Part shown: positions 1 through 23,762 of the stretch, one piece after another
How the letters are laid out: every line of letters begins with the position of its first letter
How positions within the stretch are numbered: position 1 is the stretch's first letter
Source: the human T2T-CHM13v2.0 reference genome, Homo sapiens
DNA length: 64,000 nucleotides
Assembly: GCF_009914755.1 (NCBI RefSeq)
Contig: NC_060944.1
Direction: 5' to 3' (one strand)
Made by a program: the position numbers and the translations under genes
The notes under the pieces: generated by a model
What the model was told of the DNA's origin: nothing
Databases searched by the model: none
The model's input: only the letters and a program-made list of their open reading frames with translations

Positions 1-1795
<1,795 letters not shown>

Positions 1796-1817
1796 TCATT
1801 TAACCATTTTATATTAG

Positions 1818-2272
1818 AGCAAGAGTTGGCAAACTAAGGCCTGTTGGCTGCTTTTGCATATAAAATTTTCTTGGAACAGGGTCTCACCATTGCCCAGATT
1901 GGAGTGCAGTGGTGCCATCTTAGCGTACTTCAGCTTCGACCTCTCAGGCTCAAGTGATCCTCCCACTTCAGCCTCCCAAGTAGCTTGGACTACAGGCACA
2001 AACAAACCACCATGCCCAGCTAATTTTTAAAATTATTTTTGTAGAGACAGGGTCCTGCTATGTTACCCAGGCTGGTCTTGAACTACTAAGCTGAAGCAGT
2101 CCTCTCACCTCGCCCTTCCAAAGTGCTGGGATTACAGGCATGAGCCATCATGCCTGGCCACATAATATTTTATGGATTGTCTGTGGCTGCTTTTACAAGA
2201 GTGATTATATAGCCTGTAATACCTAGACATTTACTGTCTGACTCTTGACAGAAAACGGTTGTCAACCCCTGG
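1818..2272 (+). mobile_element. MER58A-like hAT relic split by an antisense AluJ (1873-2159)
   Basis: GTTGGCAAACT...TAAAATTTTCTTGGAACA and ATTTACTGTCTGACTCTTGACAGAAAACGGTTGTCAACCCCTG resemble the MER58 consensus. Confidence 0.65.
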
Positions 2273-3559
2273 ATTAGAACATTTTAAAACATTATTTCAT
2301 TATTTGATTTCTTCCTCTGATCTTCAAGTGGGGCATAATCTTGAACTTTGTTGATGGCTGTACTATAATGGTTGCTGTTTTGTTACTGTATGGGGATACT
2401 GATGGAGCTTATGTAGAAGTTTTTTTTTTTTTCTAGATTTGCTTTTTACTCACTGTGAAGCTTTTATGTCTTACATCTGCCTGCCACCCACAAATGGATC
2501 CTTACCCTTTGCTCTGAATGTGTGGTTTATGACCCTCTATGAGCAAAGGAATGAGATTACTAGGCTTTTCAGAATTAATGTTTAAAGAGTAAGAGGTTCA
2601 GAGGGAAGCCCTGCAGGATAAGTGAAGAACAGCCACTATTTGTGTGTAAGAAAGTAAGACATCCAGTTTGACTATTTGGAGGCCTTCTAGGTGGATCCTT
2701 GTCTGTTCAGTTAGCCGAGATCATTGGCTGAAGAAAAGGCTTGGGATAAATGCGGTGCTGCTGTATCAGCCCATATCATGTACTGTTGCATAAGTGAATT
2801 TATACAAGTGGACAGTTGCTATGATCAAGTTTTCAAACTTTCCATCTCATTCTGAGTTTAATGCTCTGATAGTGTTCAGGTAGAAAGTCAACTCCAATTC
2901 CTTGTGGACATTCACCTTTACACTTTAACACCCTGAACCCTGGCTTTCTGCCAAAATATTTTCTTTCCCAGTGGCTGGAAACTGATTAGCTAGATGGTAG
3001 AACAAAGGTGGCTTTGTACTGGGGCATATTGCTTTTGAGAATTTAGCAGAGAGCATTCAAATGGAGTCTGGATGTGATGCCAAATTATGCAGATTTGGAG
3101 TTTATTTTGGTTAGGTTTCCCATGAGTAGGTATGTAGGCAACGTAATACTGTTCTCAGTTTATATGGTCTGGAATTTCCCTTATAAATGTTATATAGGCT
3201 TTCCTTATTGATTGTTTTAAAACACAAATATGTATGATTTTGAGAAAACACATTACCAGAAGACTATTCTTGATAGGTTTTTTTGCCAAAAAGATTGTTG
3301 TACCAATGGATTTATATCCAAAGCCATATTATAAATACATTTCTGTCTCTGTAAGAGCCCAATGCAAATACTTATAAATGATTACAAGTGTCCCCAAGGG
3401 GAAAAAAATGCCAAAAAAATAAGATACCCGTAACCTTATATATTTATCTGAAACTAGGTTTTGAAGAGTGTTCACGCAGCATCAGAAAAGAATACTAAAG
3501 CTCCCCATACTCTGACATAATTGATACTTGGCATTCATTATTGTGACTTGGAAGATACT

Positions 3560-3700
3560 AGCCTCGTAAGAAAACCTGGGCTCTAGTTCTTTCTGTGTAA
3601 CTTACGTTGTACCCTTAATTTATTGGTTATAAAGTGAAGATGATAATAGTTTAGCAATGAGGGGGTTTAGGATTAAACAAGAGAATATGAGTTGAAGCGC
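3560..3700 (+). mobile_element. MIR fragment
   Basis: ACCTGGGCTCTAGTTCT...TATAAAGTGAAGATGATAATAG...AGGATTAAA resembles the MIR core. Confidence 0.45.
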
Positions 3701-4414
3701 TATACAAACGCAAGATGGTGAGATTGGTGTTTTCTGTGGCAGCAGCTGAGACTAGGATTTTCAACTATTTCTTTTGTGGAGGAGGAGGGAAGCCATTTAT
3801 TTTTTGTTGTTGTCTTTTCTTTTCTTTTTCTTTTTTTCTTTCTTTCTTTTTTTTTTTTTTTTTTTTTTTGCCTAGCCACTGGAAAACCAGGGAGAGGCAT
3901 TATTGAAGTTGTTGTGTTTTTTTTTTAATTCATGTAAATTTCACTTTTTAGTTTATCCTCATTGTAGTTATTTTTGAAAATACTATTTTAACTTTTGTTT
4001 CTGCTGTTAGTTTCATTTTCTGTTTTACCTCTCATTCTCTGATGAAATGTTTTGTTTATAGACTATCTTCCTTCAGCCATATAATTTAACCATATCTGGT
4101 GTTAGGTGTTCTGTTTTCCCTTTTAGTTTATTATTTAATTAGGCGGCAGTATTTAAAGATCGCAAGATTTTGCCTAAAAACAAGACTTTCTGGCATGAAG
4201 AAAATCTGCGAGGAACTGAGAAGCAGCTACGCCATCTAAATGAGGCAGGAGCTCTCCAGTTTGCCAGAGTCCTACTACTTCCTATTGTCTGTGTCACCAC
4301 CACTGAGGACAAAATACCATTGAACTTTATGCATAGTTTTTCACACAGTAAAGAAAAAAGTTAAAACTCCACCTTTGCCTCTTTCAAAATGAAAATGAGA
4401 GATCAAGAATTCCT

Positions 4415-4831
<417 letters not shown>

Positions 4832-4914
4832 TTACTCTCTGATTTACCTTGAGAATCAAATATCCCACTTCAAGTATTTGAGTTGAATATGATAAACATG
4901 CAAATTGCAGGCGT

Positions 4915-5176
4915 GTTTTTGTTTTGTTACCGAGGCTGGAGTGCAGTGATCATAGTGCGCTGCAGACCTGAATCCTGGAGTGAAGCCATCCTCCCATCTC
5001 AGCCTCCCAAGTAGCCGGGACTCCAGGCAGACGCTACCTACCACACCTGGCTAATTTTTTTTTACTTTTCATAAAGACAGGGTCTCACGCTGTTGCCCAG
5101 GCTGGGCTCAAGTGATCCACTCACCATGGCCTCCCAAAAAAGCACTGGGATTATAGACGTGAGGCACCACGCCCAA
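4915..5176 (-). mobile_element. AluJ
   Basis: Diverged antisense Alu. Confidence 0.8.
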
Positions 5177-5248
5177 CCACATTACAAGTTTTTTAAACAA
5201 GTGAAGGAAAAATGTATTTTAAGTAACTGGTTTAAAATGATGTTTTAA

Positions 5249-5370
5249 GGCCGGACACAGTAGCTCTCACCTGTACTCCTAGCACATTGAGAGGCTGAGG
5301 CGGGAGGATCTCCTGAGGCCAGGAGTTCAAAACCAGCCTGGGCAACATAGCAAGACCCTATTCAAAAAAA
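5249..5370 (+). mobile_element. FLAM / Alu left monomer
   Basis: Single monomer plus A tail; TSD AATGATGTTTTAAG. Confidence 0.8.
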
Positions 5371-5418
5371 AGTAAAAATACATATATATTTAATGATGTT
5401 TAAGAATATGTAAGATCT

Positions 5419-5753
<335 letters not shown>

Positions 5754-5822
5754 TTAAAAGTGAATGAGCTCTATCAAATTTAACTTCAACATTGGTTTAT
5801 TTTGTGATGTGTATTTGAGATG

Positions 5823-5834
5823 GCCACCTAGTGG
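5823..5834 (-). promoter_or_regulatory. Candidate CTCF motif
   Basis: Reverse complement CCACTAGGTGGC matches the CCASYAGRKGGC core. Confidence 0.45.
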
Positions 5835-6014
5835 TTTTTTCTGGTATGGCATTTTACTACTGTACTAGATTATGATCTGATTAGAATAAGCTTATTAGCT
5901 AGTTTGTTTATATACCAAATATATTTTGAGTTATCCTTTCTGTACAGATTCAGCTGCAAGTGAATAGATATTTTTACAGCATTTCTATAATTATTTTGTT
6001 TTATTTTTAAACAG

Positions 6015-6844
6015 AAGAAGCAGACTACAGTGCCTTTGGTACAGACACGCTAATAAAGAAGAAGAATGTTTTAACCAACGTATTGCGTCCTGACAACCAT
6101 AGAAAAAAGCCACATATAGTCATTAGTATGCCCCAAGACTTTAGACCTGTGTCTTCTATTATAGACGTGGATATTCTCCCAGAAACGCATCGTAGGGTAC
6201 GTCTTTACAAATACGGCACGGAGAAACCCCTAGGATTCTACATCCGGGATGGCTCCAGTGTCAGGGTAACACCACATGGCTTAGAAAAGGTTCCAGGGAT
6301 CTTTATATCCAGGCTTGTCCCAGGAGGTCTGGCTCAAAGTACAGGACTATTAGCTGTTAATGATGAAGTTTTAGAAGTTAATGGCATAGAAGTTTCAGGG
6401 AAGAGCCTTGATCAAGTAACAGACATGATGATTGCAAATAGCCGTAACCTCATCATAACAGTGAGACCGGCAAACCAGAGGAATAATGTTGTGAGGAACA
6501 GTCGGACTTCTGGCAGTTCCGGTCAGTCTACTGATAACAGCCTTCTTGGCTACCCACAGCAGATTGAACCAAGCTTTGAGCCAGAGGATGAAGACAGCGA
6601 AGAAGATGACATTATCATTGAAGACAATGGAGTGCCACAGCAGATTCCAAAAGCTGTTCCTAATACTGAGAGCCTGGAGTCATTAACACAGATAGAGCTA
6701 AGCTTTGAGTCTGGACAGAATGGCTTTATTCCCTCTAATGAAGTGAGCTTAGCAGCCATAGCAAGCAGCTCAAACACGGAATTTGAAACACATGCTCCAG
6801 ATCAAAAACTCTTAGAAGAAGATGGAACAATCATAACATTATGA
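6015..6844 (+). CDS. PARD6B: Par-6 family cell polarity regulator beta, terminal coding exon (semi-CRIB, PDZ, acidic C-terminus)
   Basis: Acceptor ttatttttaaacag at 6014, phase 1; reads (E)[51 protein letters not shown]...[10 protein letters not shown]...EEDGTIITL; stop TGA 6842-6844. Confidence 0.98.
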
Positions 6845-7235
6845 AACCGTGGTTTGAATGTTTTCAGAGTGAGGATGCCATGAGGACTTGTACATTTGGC
6901 TAGTTTAAAAGCATATATACCTCTGACCAGTGACGTGGAATAGGCATGAGACGAGTAACGTTGCAAGCTTACAATATTATTAAAGTAGTAGTTTGATAAT
7001 TGTTAATATAAACTTTGGTGGATCAGAGGTGAATTTAAGTCCAAAACAAAGGGGCTTTGCTGATGAAGTTACGTGCTTTTGCTGTTTTGTCTGTGGAGAA
7101 TCAGATGTTAAAGCACATTCTTGGAACTATGTGAGAAGACTAGATCATTTCTGTTGGAAGTGGTTGCATATTTAACCTGCTGTGCAGAGCCCAGTTAATT
7201 TTTCCTTTAACTGTATTTTTAAAATTCTAATGTGA

Positions 7236-7600
<365 letters not shown>

Positions 7601-7638
7601 TATTTTGATTTTTGTTTTTTTATGTTCCTTTCTAATAA

Positions 7639-7982
<344 letters not shown>

Positions 7983-8062
7983 TTGTGCATTTCTGGTTTC
8001 TAAGAATCAAACCACTTGGCTGTTTTTAGGAGTTACTTCCCATGTTATAAAGCTGAGGAAGC

Positions 8063-8332
8063 TTTTTTTTTTTTTTTTTGAGACAGAGTCTCTGTCACCC
8101 AGGCTGGAGTGCAGTGGTGCAATCTCAGCTCCCGGGTTCAAGCAATTCTCCTGCCTCAGCCTTCTGAGTAGCTAAGATTACAGGTGTGCGCCAACACGTC
8201 TGGCTTATTTTTTTGTATTTTTAGTAGAGATGGAGTTTCACCATGTTGGTCAGGTGGGTCTCAAACTCCTGACCTCAAGTGATCCGCCCATCTCCTCCCA
8301 AAGTGCTGGATTGCAGGCATGAGCGCCTAGCC
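8063..8332 (-). mobile_element. AluS with internal deletions in PARD6B 3'UTR
   Basis: Antisense Alu; TSD AGGAAGCT. Confidence 0.85.
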
Positions 8333-10054
8333 AGGAAGCTATCTTTTCTTGAGTTATGAAACTTTGCAACAGTTGTTCAAATTGGTGTTTGTCCTTCCTA
8401 TAGCTTTCATATTTTCAAATTAATTCTGTATGGCTATATAATTTATGTTTTAAAAGGCAATTCTCTTGACTTTGGAAATATGGAAGTCTCTCCTTTAACC
8501 TATTCTTGTTCCCATTCCCAGTCTCATTTGAAATCATTCCTTTTATTGTTAGTGTGTGTATTTTTGTTGGTGTGCTTTTAATGCATCCAAGTATGCATCA
8601 TTTTGGATAAAAAATACATCCAAATTAAGATGTTTTAACACATAGGACAAACTTGTGCACTTTTTATGCCAAAAAAAAAAAAATTGGGTTTTCCTTCATG
8701 GGATTTCTAGAAACACTGCCTACACTTTATGAAAACTACATAGTATTCACCTGTGACAGGTAGAGTTTATCACTATTAATTTTATGAGGCTATTTATTAC
8801 TTTCCAGTGCATCCACTTAGAACAAGCTAAGAGTAAGGCTGCTAACTTTAATTCCTTGCCTGATTTTATTGTACAGTGTGCACAAGCACAATGGTATGCT
8901 TGTATATAGAAACTAAAAATACTATGAAGTACATAAGTTCCCTATGGCTTATGGAGAGTTATTTATTAATTAACTTTATGGTAGGGCTAGTATGAATACC
9001 TTTTTAACAATTGTGTGCTATTACAACAATGAAGATTCAAATGACTCCGCTTTGAAGGATGTTTTCTCTATATGGTAAAATATATATGAAGAAGTCTTGA
9101 TTACGTGAAGATCACTTGACTCAGAATACTTCAATGTATTTTGTTCACATTACCACTAAGCATATTATCAGTAAACTATTAACTGACTGCACATTATGTA
9201 ATACGTTGTACTTTTTGTTGAATTCACCGAAGTTCTTCCATTTATATACTATTTTTAATGGCATTCCGGCTTTAACATTCTGTGAGTCTTACAAATTTGA
9301 CTCTTGAATGGCAAAATAATGTTAGTATGTAGAAGGTTAACTTTCATTTATAATATAAGTGGTGCAGGGGTTCAACATTTTAAGTAAAAATATTTTTACA
9401 CACTACCTCTCTCTCTTTTTTTTTTTAAAGTTTTAACATCAGAACTTTTGGGGGAAAAACTACTTCAGGGCTTGACTTTTTGTACAAATTTTAACTGTAA
9501 AATACAGATTTATCTTGTACGCATTCATGGAAATGGAAATCAAAGCTGCTATTGCTTTTTATTTTAATTATCCTGTTAAGGGTATCTATCAATGGTATTT
9601 TCAAGTAGATCTCTGTTTCTTAAATTATTGGTGAAATAATTGATTACTAGATATATTGTAAAACCAATAGATCCTGGTTATACGATAAAATATCAGCTCA
9701 TTGGTAGGCTGAATCAATTATTTCAAGTGCACCTTATTAACAAAAGTATCAGTGGATCCAACATAAAATTTTATAGTACTAAATGTCAAGCCTAACTGTG
9801 AATTTTGTTCTGTATCTTAAGTAAATTTATGATAATGTTCTCGAGCTATCAACAAAATATATGTACTTTTGTGAGCTATGAATTTTCTAATTAAATTTTA
9901 CATGCTATAACATGATTTTTACATGAATGATACTTTGTTTATAACTATCAAATGTCAGTATTTTACTACAATTTTATTATAAAGTGTACATTATCACTAA
10001 ATGAACTTCGATTTTAAAAATCAAATTAGCTTTAGTTGTATATTATTTTTTACA

Positions 10055-10060
10055 AATAAA
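10055..10060 (+). terminator. PARD6B: Polyadenylation signal AATAAA (main PARD6B PAS)
   Basis: Canonical hexamer at the end of the AU-rich UTR, followed by TTTCTTGTTTG. Confidence 0.7.
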
Positions 10061-10496
10061 GATAGACTTGTATAAAGGCTACTTTCTTGTTTGAAATTAT
10101 ATGAAAAGTTGCCCACAAATACCAGGTGCCCATTATATAAAATAGGTAGGGAGAAAACCCTTGAGTTTTAACAAGATCCTTGCTTCCTTAACTTTTAATT
10201 GTTAAAAGATGGACCCCAAATTGTATGTGCACTTTTTGCAACTGTGTATGACCATATGGCTATGGGCTGGATGGTAACTTTTAAAATGTGGTTAATTCTG
10301 ATAGTGTGAAAGGTTATGCAAGCTATTCACCCAAAGTTATCTTTAAGATTATTTGAAACTAGTTTGTAATGTGACAGCTTATCTTCTGAAATTCAAATTC
10401 ACTTAGTTATACTTAATTAATATTACCATCTATCTAGTATGGCCTATGTTGATTGAATTCAATTTATACTGAAAAACTTAAAATGTCTGAGAAAAA

Positions 10497-10863
<367 letters not shown>

Positions 10864-10968
10864 TTAGTTGGTCATTGCACTAACTCTTCTGCCAACAAGT
10901 TTAGAGGACAATAGGACAATCCTAATTCCTTCCCTCCAAGTTAAAAACACTAAAAATCCCGAGTATAA

Positions 10969-11433
<465 letters not shown>

Positions 11434-11989
11434 TTGCAATTTGCATCTTAAATCACTGTTGCTTCCTAGTTTCCAGTGCTGAGTAAGAGCTTGATTAAAT
11501 TTGATTTTGAGGAAAAACTAAAGTTACAAAAATTTACCAAAAACCAGACCTCTCTGTTCTGCCTTTAGGTGCTCAAGTGTTTAACAGCAACTGACAGAAC
11601 CACTTCTGATTGTGTTTCCCTTCTTTTAGTTTGATGTGGGGTTTAAATTGGAAGTATGTATACCAGCGACTTGGCAGCTGAGTTCTAAGCACAGTTTTGG
11701 GAGTGTTTTGCTGTTAAACATGGAAAGCCTTTGTTTTTATCTTGTGATGGCATATCACGTGATGATGATGGCTGTTATCTGTAGGGTAAAGCAAAACCCA
11801 GTGCCTCCTAGCTATGATCACATAACATGCTAAATACTTAAGTACTCTCAGAAAAGATATTTTGGAAACCAAAATAAGTCTTCATTGCCCAAACGAAGTA
11901 TATGTGCAGTCAAATGACTGTCATTGGGTGGATAACTGGGCATTAGAAGGTAAATATAAAGGAAATTAATCGGTTAAAAGATCCTTAAT

Positions 11990-12330
<341 letters not shown>

Positions 12331-13024
12331 TTAGATAATATTTTAAAAGCTAATGTGTTTATCCAGTTGCTTTACAACACAATTGTATTTTATAAGTTAA
12401 TATTAAAATTCAATGGAGTTTGTATTTTATTTACAAACTATAGGTGTTTTTCCACTTATAAAAGCTCTCTTTTGGGAATTAAGTTTACTCTGAAAGCAGT
12501 ATTCTCTGTGTAATAGAAAATAAAGAAAATTTAATACCCTTATTATCTAGTTCATTATAATCCCAAGGGATGGATAACAAGATAATACAGCATAAGTAAA
12601 GATAACTTTTTAAAAATAATTTTCAGTCATATAAATAATGTGCAAATTCGTTCTCCATATTTAAAAAAAAGTACAGAAAAAGCTAAAGTCTTTTGGCAGT
12701 ACCATGCACATTTATCCATACCATATTCTGTTACAAAAAGGAATTGTGGCTTAAAATAAGAGTGACTATAATTTATAATCCAAATTGGGACACTTTTGAG
12801 AATGAATGGGTTTGCCACGAACTATGCCAGTAGAACAGGCTCGGACCAGATCTGTCTCAGGTAGACTGCAATATGGGTCACCCTGTTATAGGGTCTCTCA
12901 AAATTTTTTTTAAAAAACTGCAATACACAGTAAGAAATGCATTGAACACTATAATCCAGGACACACACACTATGTTTTCATACAGTAATGAAAAATGCTC
13001 TGATTTTCTATTTCACTTTTGTAG

Positions 13025-13083
13025 GATGTGTATTGGAACATTCCAAAAACAATGTCAGGATGCCCTGTTTGAAAACACTGTGA
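13025..13083 (+). CDS. PARD6B: Candidate alternative terminal exon of PARD6B (adds GCVLEHSKNNVRMPCLKTL* after the PB1 domain)
   Basis: ctgattttctatttcacttttgtag acceptor; phase-1 frame open for 19 residues to TGA 13081-13083; AATAAA at 13149-13154 then a GU-rich tract. Confidence 0.6.
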
Positions 13084-13148
13084 AGTGCTTTACTTTTCAC
13101 TTGAGATATTTGCCATGGGAAAGACTATCATATTTTTCCCTAAAGGAG

Positions 13149-13154
13149 AATAAA
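13149..13154 (+). terminator. Distal AATAAA polyadenylation signal
   Basis: Followed about 25 nt later by TTTTTTGTTTGTTTGTTTGTTTTG. Confidence 0.55.
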
Positions 13155-13189
13155 GGTACTGTATTATCTGCTTGCTAGCTTTTTTGTTT

Positions 13190-14130
<941 letters not shown>

Positions 14131-14149
14131 AAATAAAATAAAATATATT

Positions 14150-14927
<778 letters not shown>

Positions 14928-15059
14928 TTAACCACATTTCTGAACTCAGTAATGACTTTCTCTGGCATTGGTCTGAATGAAAAGAAAGCACCCAAATGAT
15001 ACCTAAATCTGTGACTAATGGGGCTGGTCAGTAGTCAGAGTGTTCAGAGTGGGAGGATG

Positions 15060-16050
<991 letters not shown>

Positions 16051-16069
16051 CAGTGGGTATCACTTGCAG

Positions 16070-17760
<1,691 letters not shown>

Positions 17761-17849
17761 TCATCAGAATTGCAATTTTGATCAAAGCCAGTAACTCCTC
17801 ACACAAATCCTTCTATGTGTGCAGAAAGTGAGCGTCTGAAAACTCCAGG

Positions 17850-18450
17850 CGGAGTTTTTGCGCTAGGTTATCTACCAGAAGAAAGGACAAGAAAGGCTAG
17901 AATTTGACTAATGGTTCCACCCCCCAGATTGTATCAGCACAGCATTCCTCTTTCACTCAGTCTCTTAGCAATGCTTGCAACTACAAGGAAACAGCATTCA
18001 TACCATTGTTTCTAAGACCTGAAGCAGGTTACATTCAAACCCAGCACTGTTCTTATAGAACATAAGAGTTTTGTTCCCAGGCTGCTTCTCTGCCAGCATG
18101 TGATACCCTTCAATAAATGGTAGGTAAGTTGCATATCAGGTTTTCTCCTGCATTCCCAGAGGGCTTCAGCTGCTGTCTCAGGTATGAACCCAAAATGACT
18201 CAGGCAAAAATGTGTATGCTTAGTGACTCAGAAACTAAATCATTAACTTGGTAAGTACATGCACGGGTAAGGAGGAATTCAAGGAGAGACTTAGAACATA
18301 GGCCTTCCAGTAATGCCACTGATGATGACTGCCTGAGTACAGCAACGCTGAACGGTGTCACTTCTCAGGTGGACCAGTGACGAACCCTAGAATCACCAAG
18401 AATCTCAAATCAGTCATTCTCAGGAGCAACAATCCACATAGGGTAATTTA
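17850..18450. promoter_or_regulatory. Candidate AP-1/TEAD enhancer
   Basis: Apparently unique sequence with TGACTCA at 18196 and 18224 and CATTCC at 17943 and 18151. Confidence 0.4.
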
Positions 18451-18544
18451 CAAAGAATGCTGATTTCAATTGTTTGAATCCTTACCTGGTGAAACAAGAA
18501 AATGTGGAAAAAGCTCCTTGACTTTAAAAATACACACCCACACA

Positions 18545-19045
18545 CTTTTTTTTTTTAAAGGGACAAGGGCTTGCCGTCTCCCACACAGGCTCGTGTGCGG
18601 TGGTGCGATCATGGCTCACTGCAACCTCGAACTCAAGGATTCTGGCAATCCTCCCACCTCAGCTTCCCAAGTAGCTGGGACTACAGGCATGAGCCATCAC
18701 ACCCGGCTAATTTTCTTTTTTTCTTTTCTTCCCCTCACCCCAATTTTTTTTTTTTTTTTTTTGAGATAAGGTCCTGCTCTGTCGCCCAGGCTGGAGTGCA
18801 GTGGTGTGATTATGGCTCACTGCAGCCTCAAACTCCTGAGTCCAAGTGACCTCACACCTTAGCCTCCTGAGTAGCTGGGACTACAGGTATGTGTCACCAC
18901 GCCTGGCTAATTTTTGTATTTTTTGTAAAGGTGAGGTTTCACTATGTTGCCCAGTCTGGTCTCAAACTCCTGGGCTCAAGCAATCTGCCTGGCTCAGCCT
19001 CCCAAAAGTGCTGGGATTACAGGCGTGAGTCACTGTGCCTGGCCT
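18545..19045 (-). mobile_element. Two tandem antisense AluJ pieces
   Basis: Right arm plus a full dimer. Confidence 0.85.
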
Positions 19046-19087
19046 CCACATGACTTTCTACTAGTTGATTTTAAACTGGGCATATGC

Positions 19088-19091
<4 letters not shown>

Positions 19092-19123
<32 letters not shown>
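19092..19123 (+). repeat. (CA)n microsatellite
   Basis: About 15 CA units. Confidence 0.95.
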
Positions 19124-19125
<2 letters not shown>

Positions 19126-19644
19126 GATCTGCCTAGATGTGAAATTAAACTTCTAGAGCACACGCATATACACAACGCCAGACAATATGGGAACAGTGAT
19201 TACAAACAAATCCCACTAGAAAATGACAAACTGTAATAATTTTTCAGTCCCCTTTTGAAGGCGAGAGGTTTATAAACCTCTGCAATTCAATTGCAACACA
19301 TCAGGGTTCTTCTGGTGAGCTGGCCTCAGTGTCCTTCCTCCACCCCCAGGGTGCCTTGGCTCATGTTCACAGGGCCCATGCCCAGTAGGGCTGGCATGTG
19401 TTTCCAACAGCCGAGCAGACAGGGCCAGCAGAGAGGGAGAAAATAAACGGTAAAGGGAGACGCGCCAGGAGAGCAGGCAGAATGGCCGGGAAGCTGGCCA
19501 AACGGGAGAGGCTGAATGGGCGACATCAGCCCTTGACCAGGCTTCAGCTATCCCAGCTGTCCTTCACCACTCACTGTGTGGATACCAGGAGGATACAAGC
19601 CCCCTTTGCCTGGGCGTCACCAAGAATCCATAAACCACGCAGTT

Positions 19645-20540
<896 letters not shown>

Positions 20541-20824
20541 ATGTGGTTTTTAGACCAGCAGGTTCTGTAGAGCAAAATGTTCATGATTTTGAAGGATGAC
20601 AAACCTGACAGAGGAGGCAACGCCACCTTGACATTCCTCAGTCGTAGTGCCACAGTGGTCTCGTATTTCAAACCTGGTTAGAGTTTGTCCTCTTCAGGAG
20701 AGTTTGTGTGGCTGTTTTGCAGTGGAGGAGAGATGACAAAGCTGATAATGCTTATGGTGTGGGTATTTTCTTTTTCTTTCCTTATTTGCTTTGTGAAGAC
20801 AAATAATGGTTAAGGATAGATAAA

Positions 20825-20997
<173 letters not shown>

Positions 20998-21234
20998 TTA
21001 ACAGTGGTCATACATAATTCATTCCTGAGTCGACACCCATTTCCAGGCCAGCAGTTCGCTCTCAATTAGGGGTTCTCAGAACACGGAACCACCGTGTCTC
21101 CTTGGTAGACTGCCATTGTGCTTATTTTTACTCTTTTCTTCCTAAGGCTAATTGTTTTTACCTTTTCCTTGTTGAGTACTCATTCCTAGATGTTTTTATC
21201 AAAGGCAACAAAAATAAAAATTATAGGCAGGACT

Positions 21235-21838
<604 letters not shown>

Positions 21839-21989
21839 AGGGCTTTTTGTATTCATGTCTGGGCCTTAAGGTTTAACTCAGAGCTTCAGAGACATAACTG
21901 GGAAGGAAAAATGTATATTTGTACATATAAATATTGTGTAAGAAAAGTAAACCAGTTAAGGAAGCTGTGTGCCCACAGAAGTAATATGT

Positions 21990-23310
<1,321 letters not shown>

Positions 23311-23659
23311 TGATGGATATTTTTAAAAAAATCACTGTGGTATTCATGTGGGGCAGAGGGTGAGGGGGAGGCAGGGATTAGTCCTGGCGAGCAGGGGTGG
23401 AGGCGGGAAGGAGTGGACAAATTCAAGGTATTTCTGAGAAGCAGTGGAATCTCTTGACCAAGGCCTTCTTCAGCAGGGAGATGGAGCCCTGTCCTGAGGG
23501 ACTTTGCAGCCTGGCTGGTAAGACAAGCTTCTTCCCCAGGGAATTAAACACCAGTGGTTAACAGATTAGCAACTTAGAGACGAGAAAGCGGTTTCCAAAC
23601 TCTAAAACACAGAAGGAAAACCCGTGACAGATTTGGCCACATAAGTATTTAAAGCTTGT

Positions 23660-23660
23660 A

Positions 23661-23702
<42 letters not shown>

Positions 23703-23762
23703 CCTCTCCCCCGCCCCTCCCCTCTGTCTCTCACACACACACACACAAACACACACACACAG
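23660..23762 (+). repeat. Compound (TC)n/(CA)n microsatellite
   Basis: Direct reading. Confidence 0.9.

Noticed and set aside
4110-4364. Acceptor-like TTTTCCCTTTTAG followed by a 64-aa ORF in PARD6B intron 2
   Set aside because: No convincing donor or PAS, non-ATG start and no recognisable homology
6550-6777. Antisense 75-aa ORF inside the PARD6B CDS
   Set aside because: Shadow frame of the coding strand
6083-6844. ORF-track start at 6083 as an independent 253-aa gene
   Set aside because: The codon is TTG inside a spliced exon that begins at 6015
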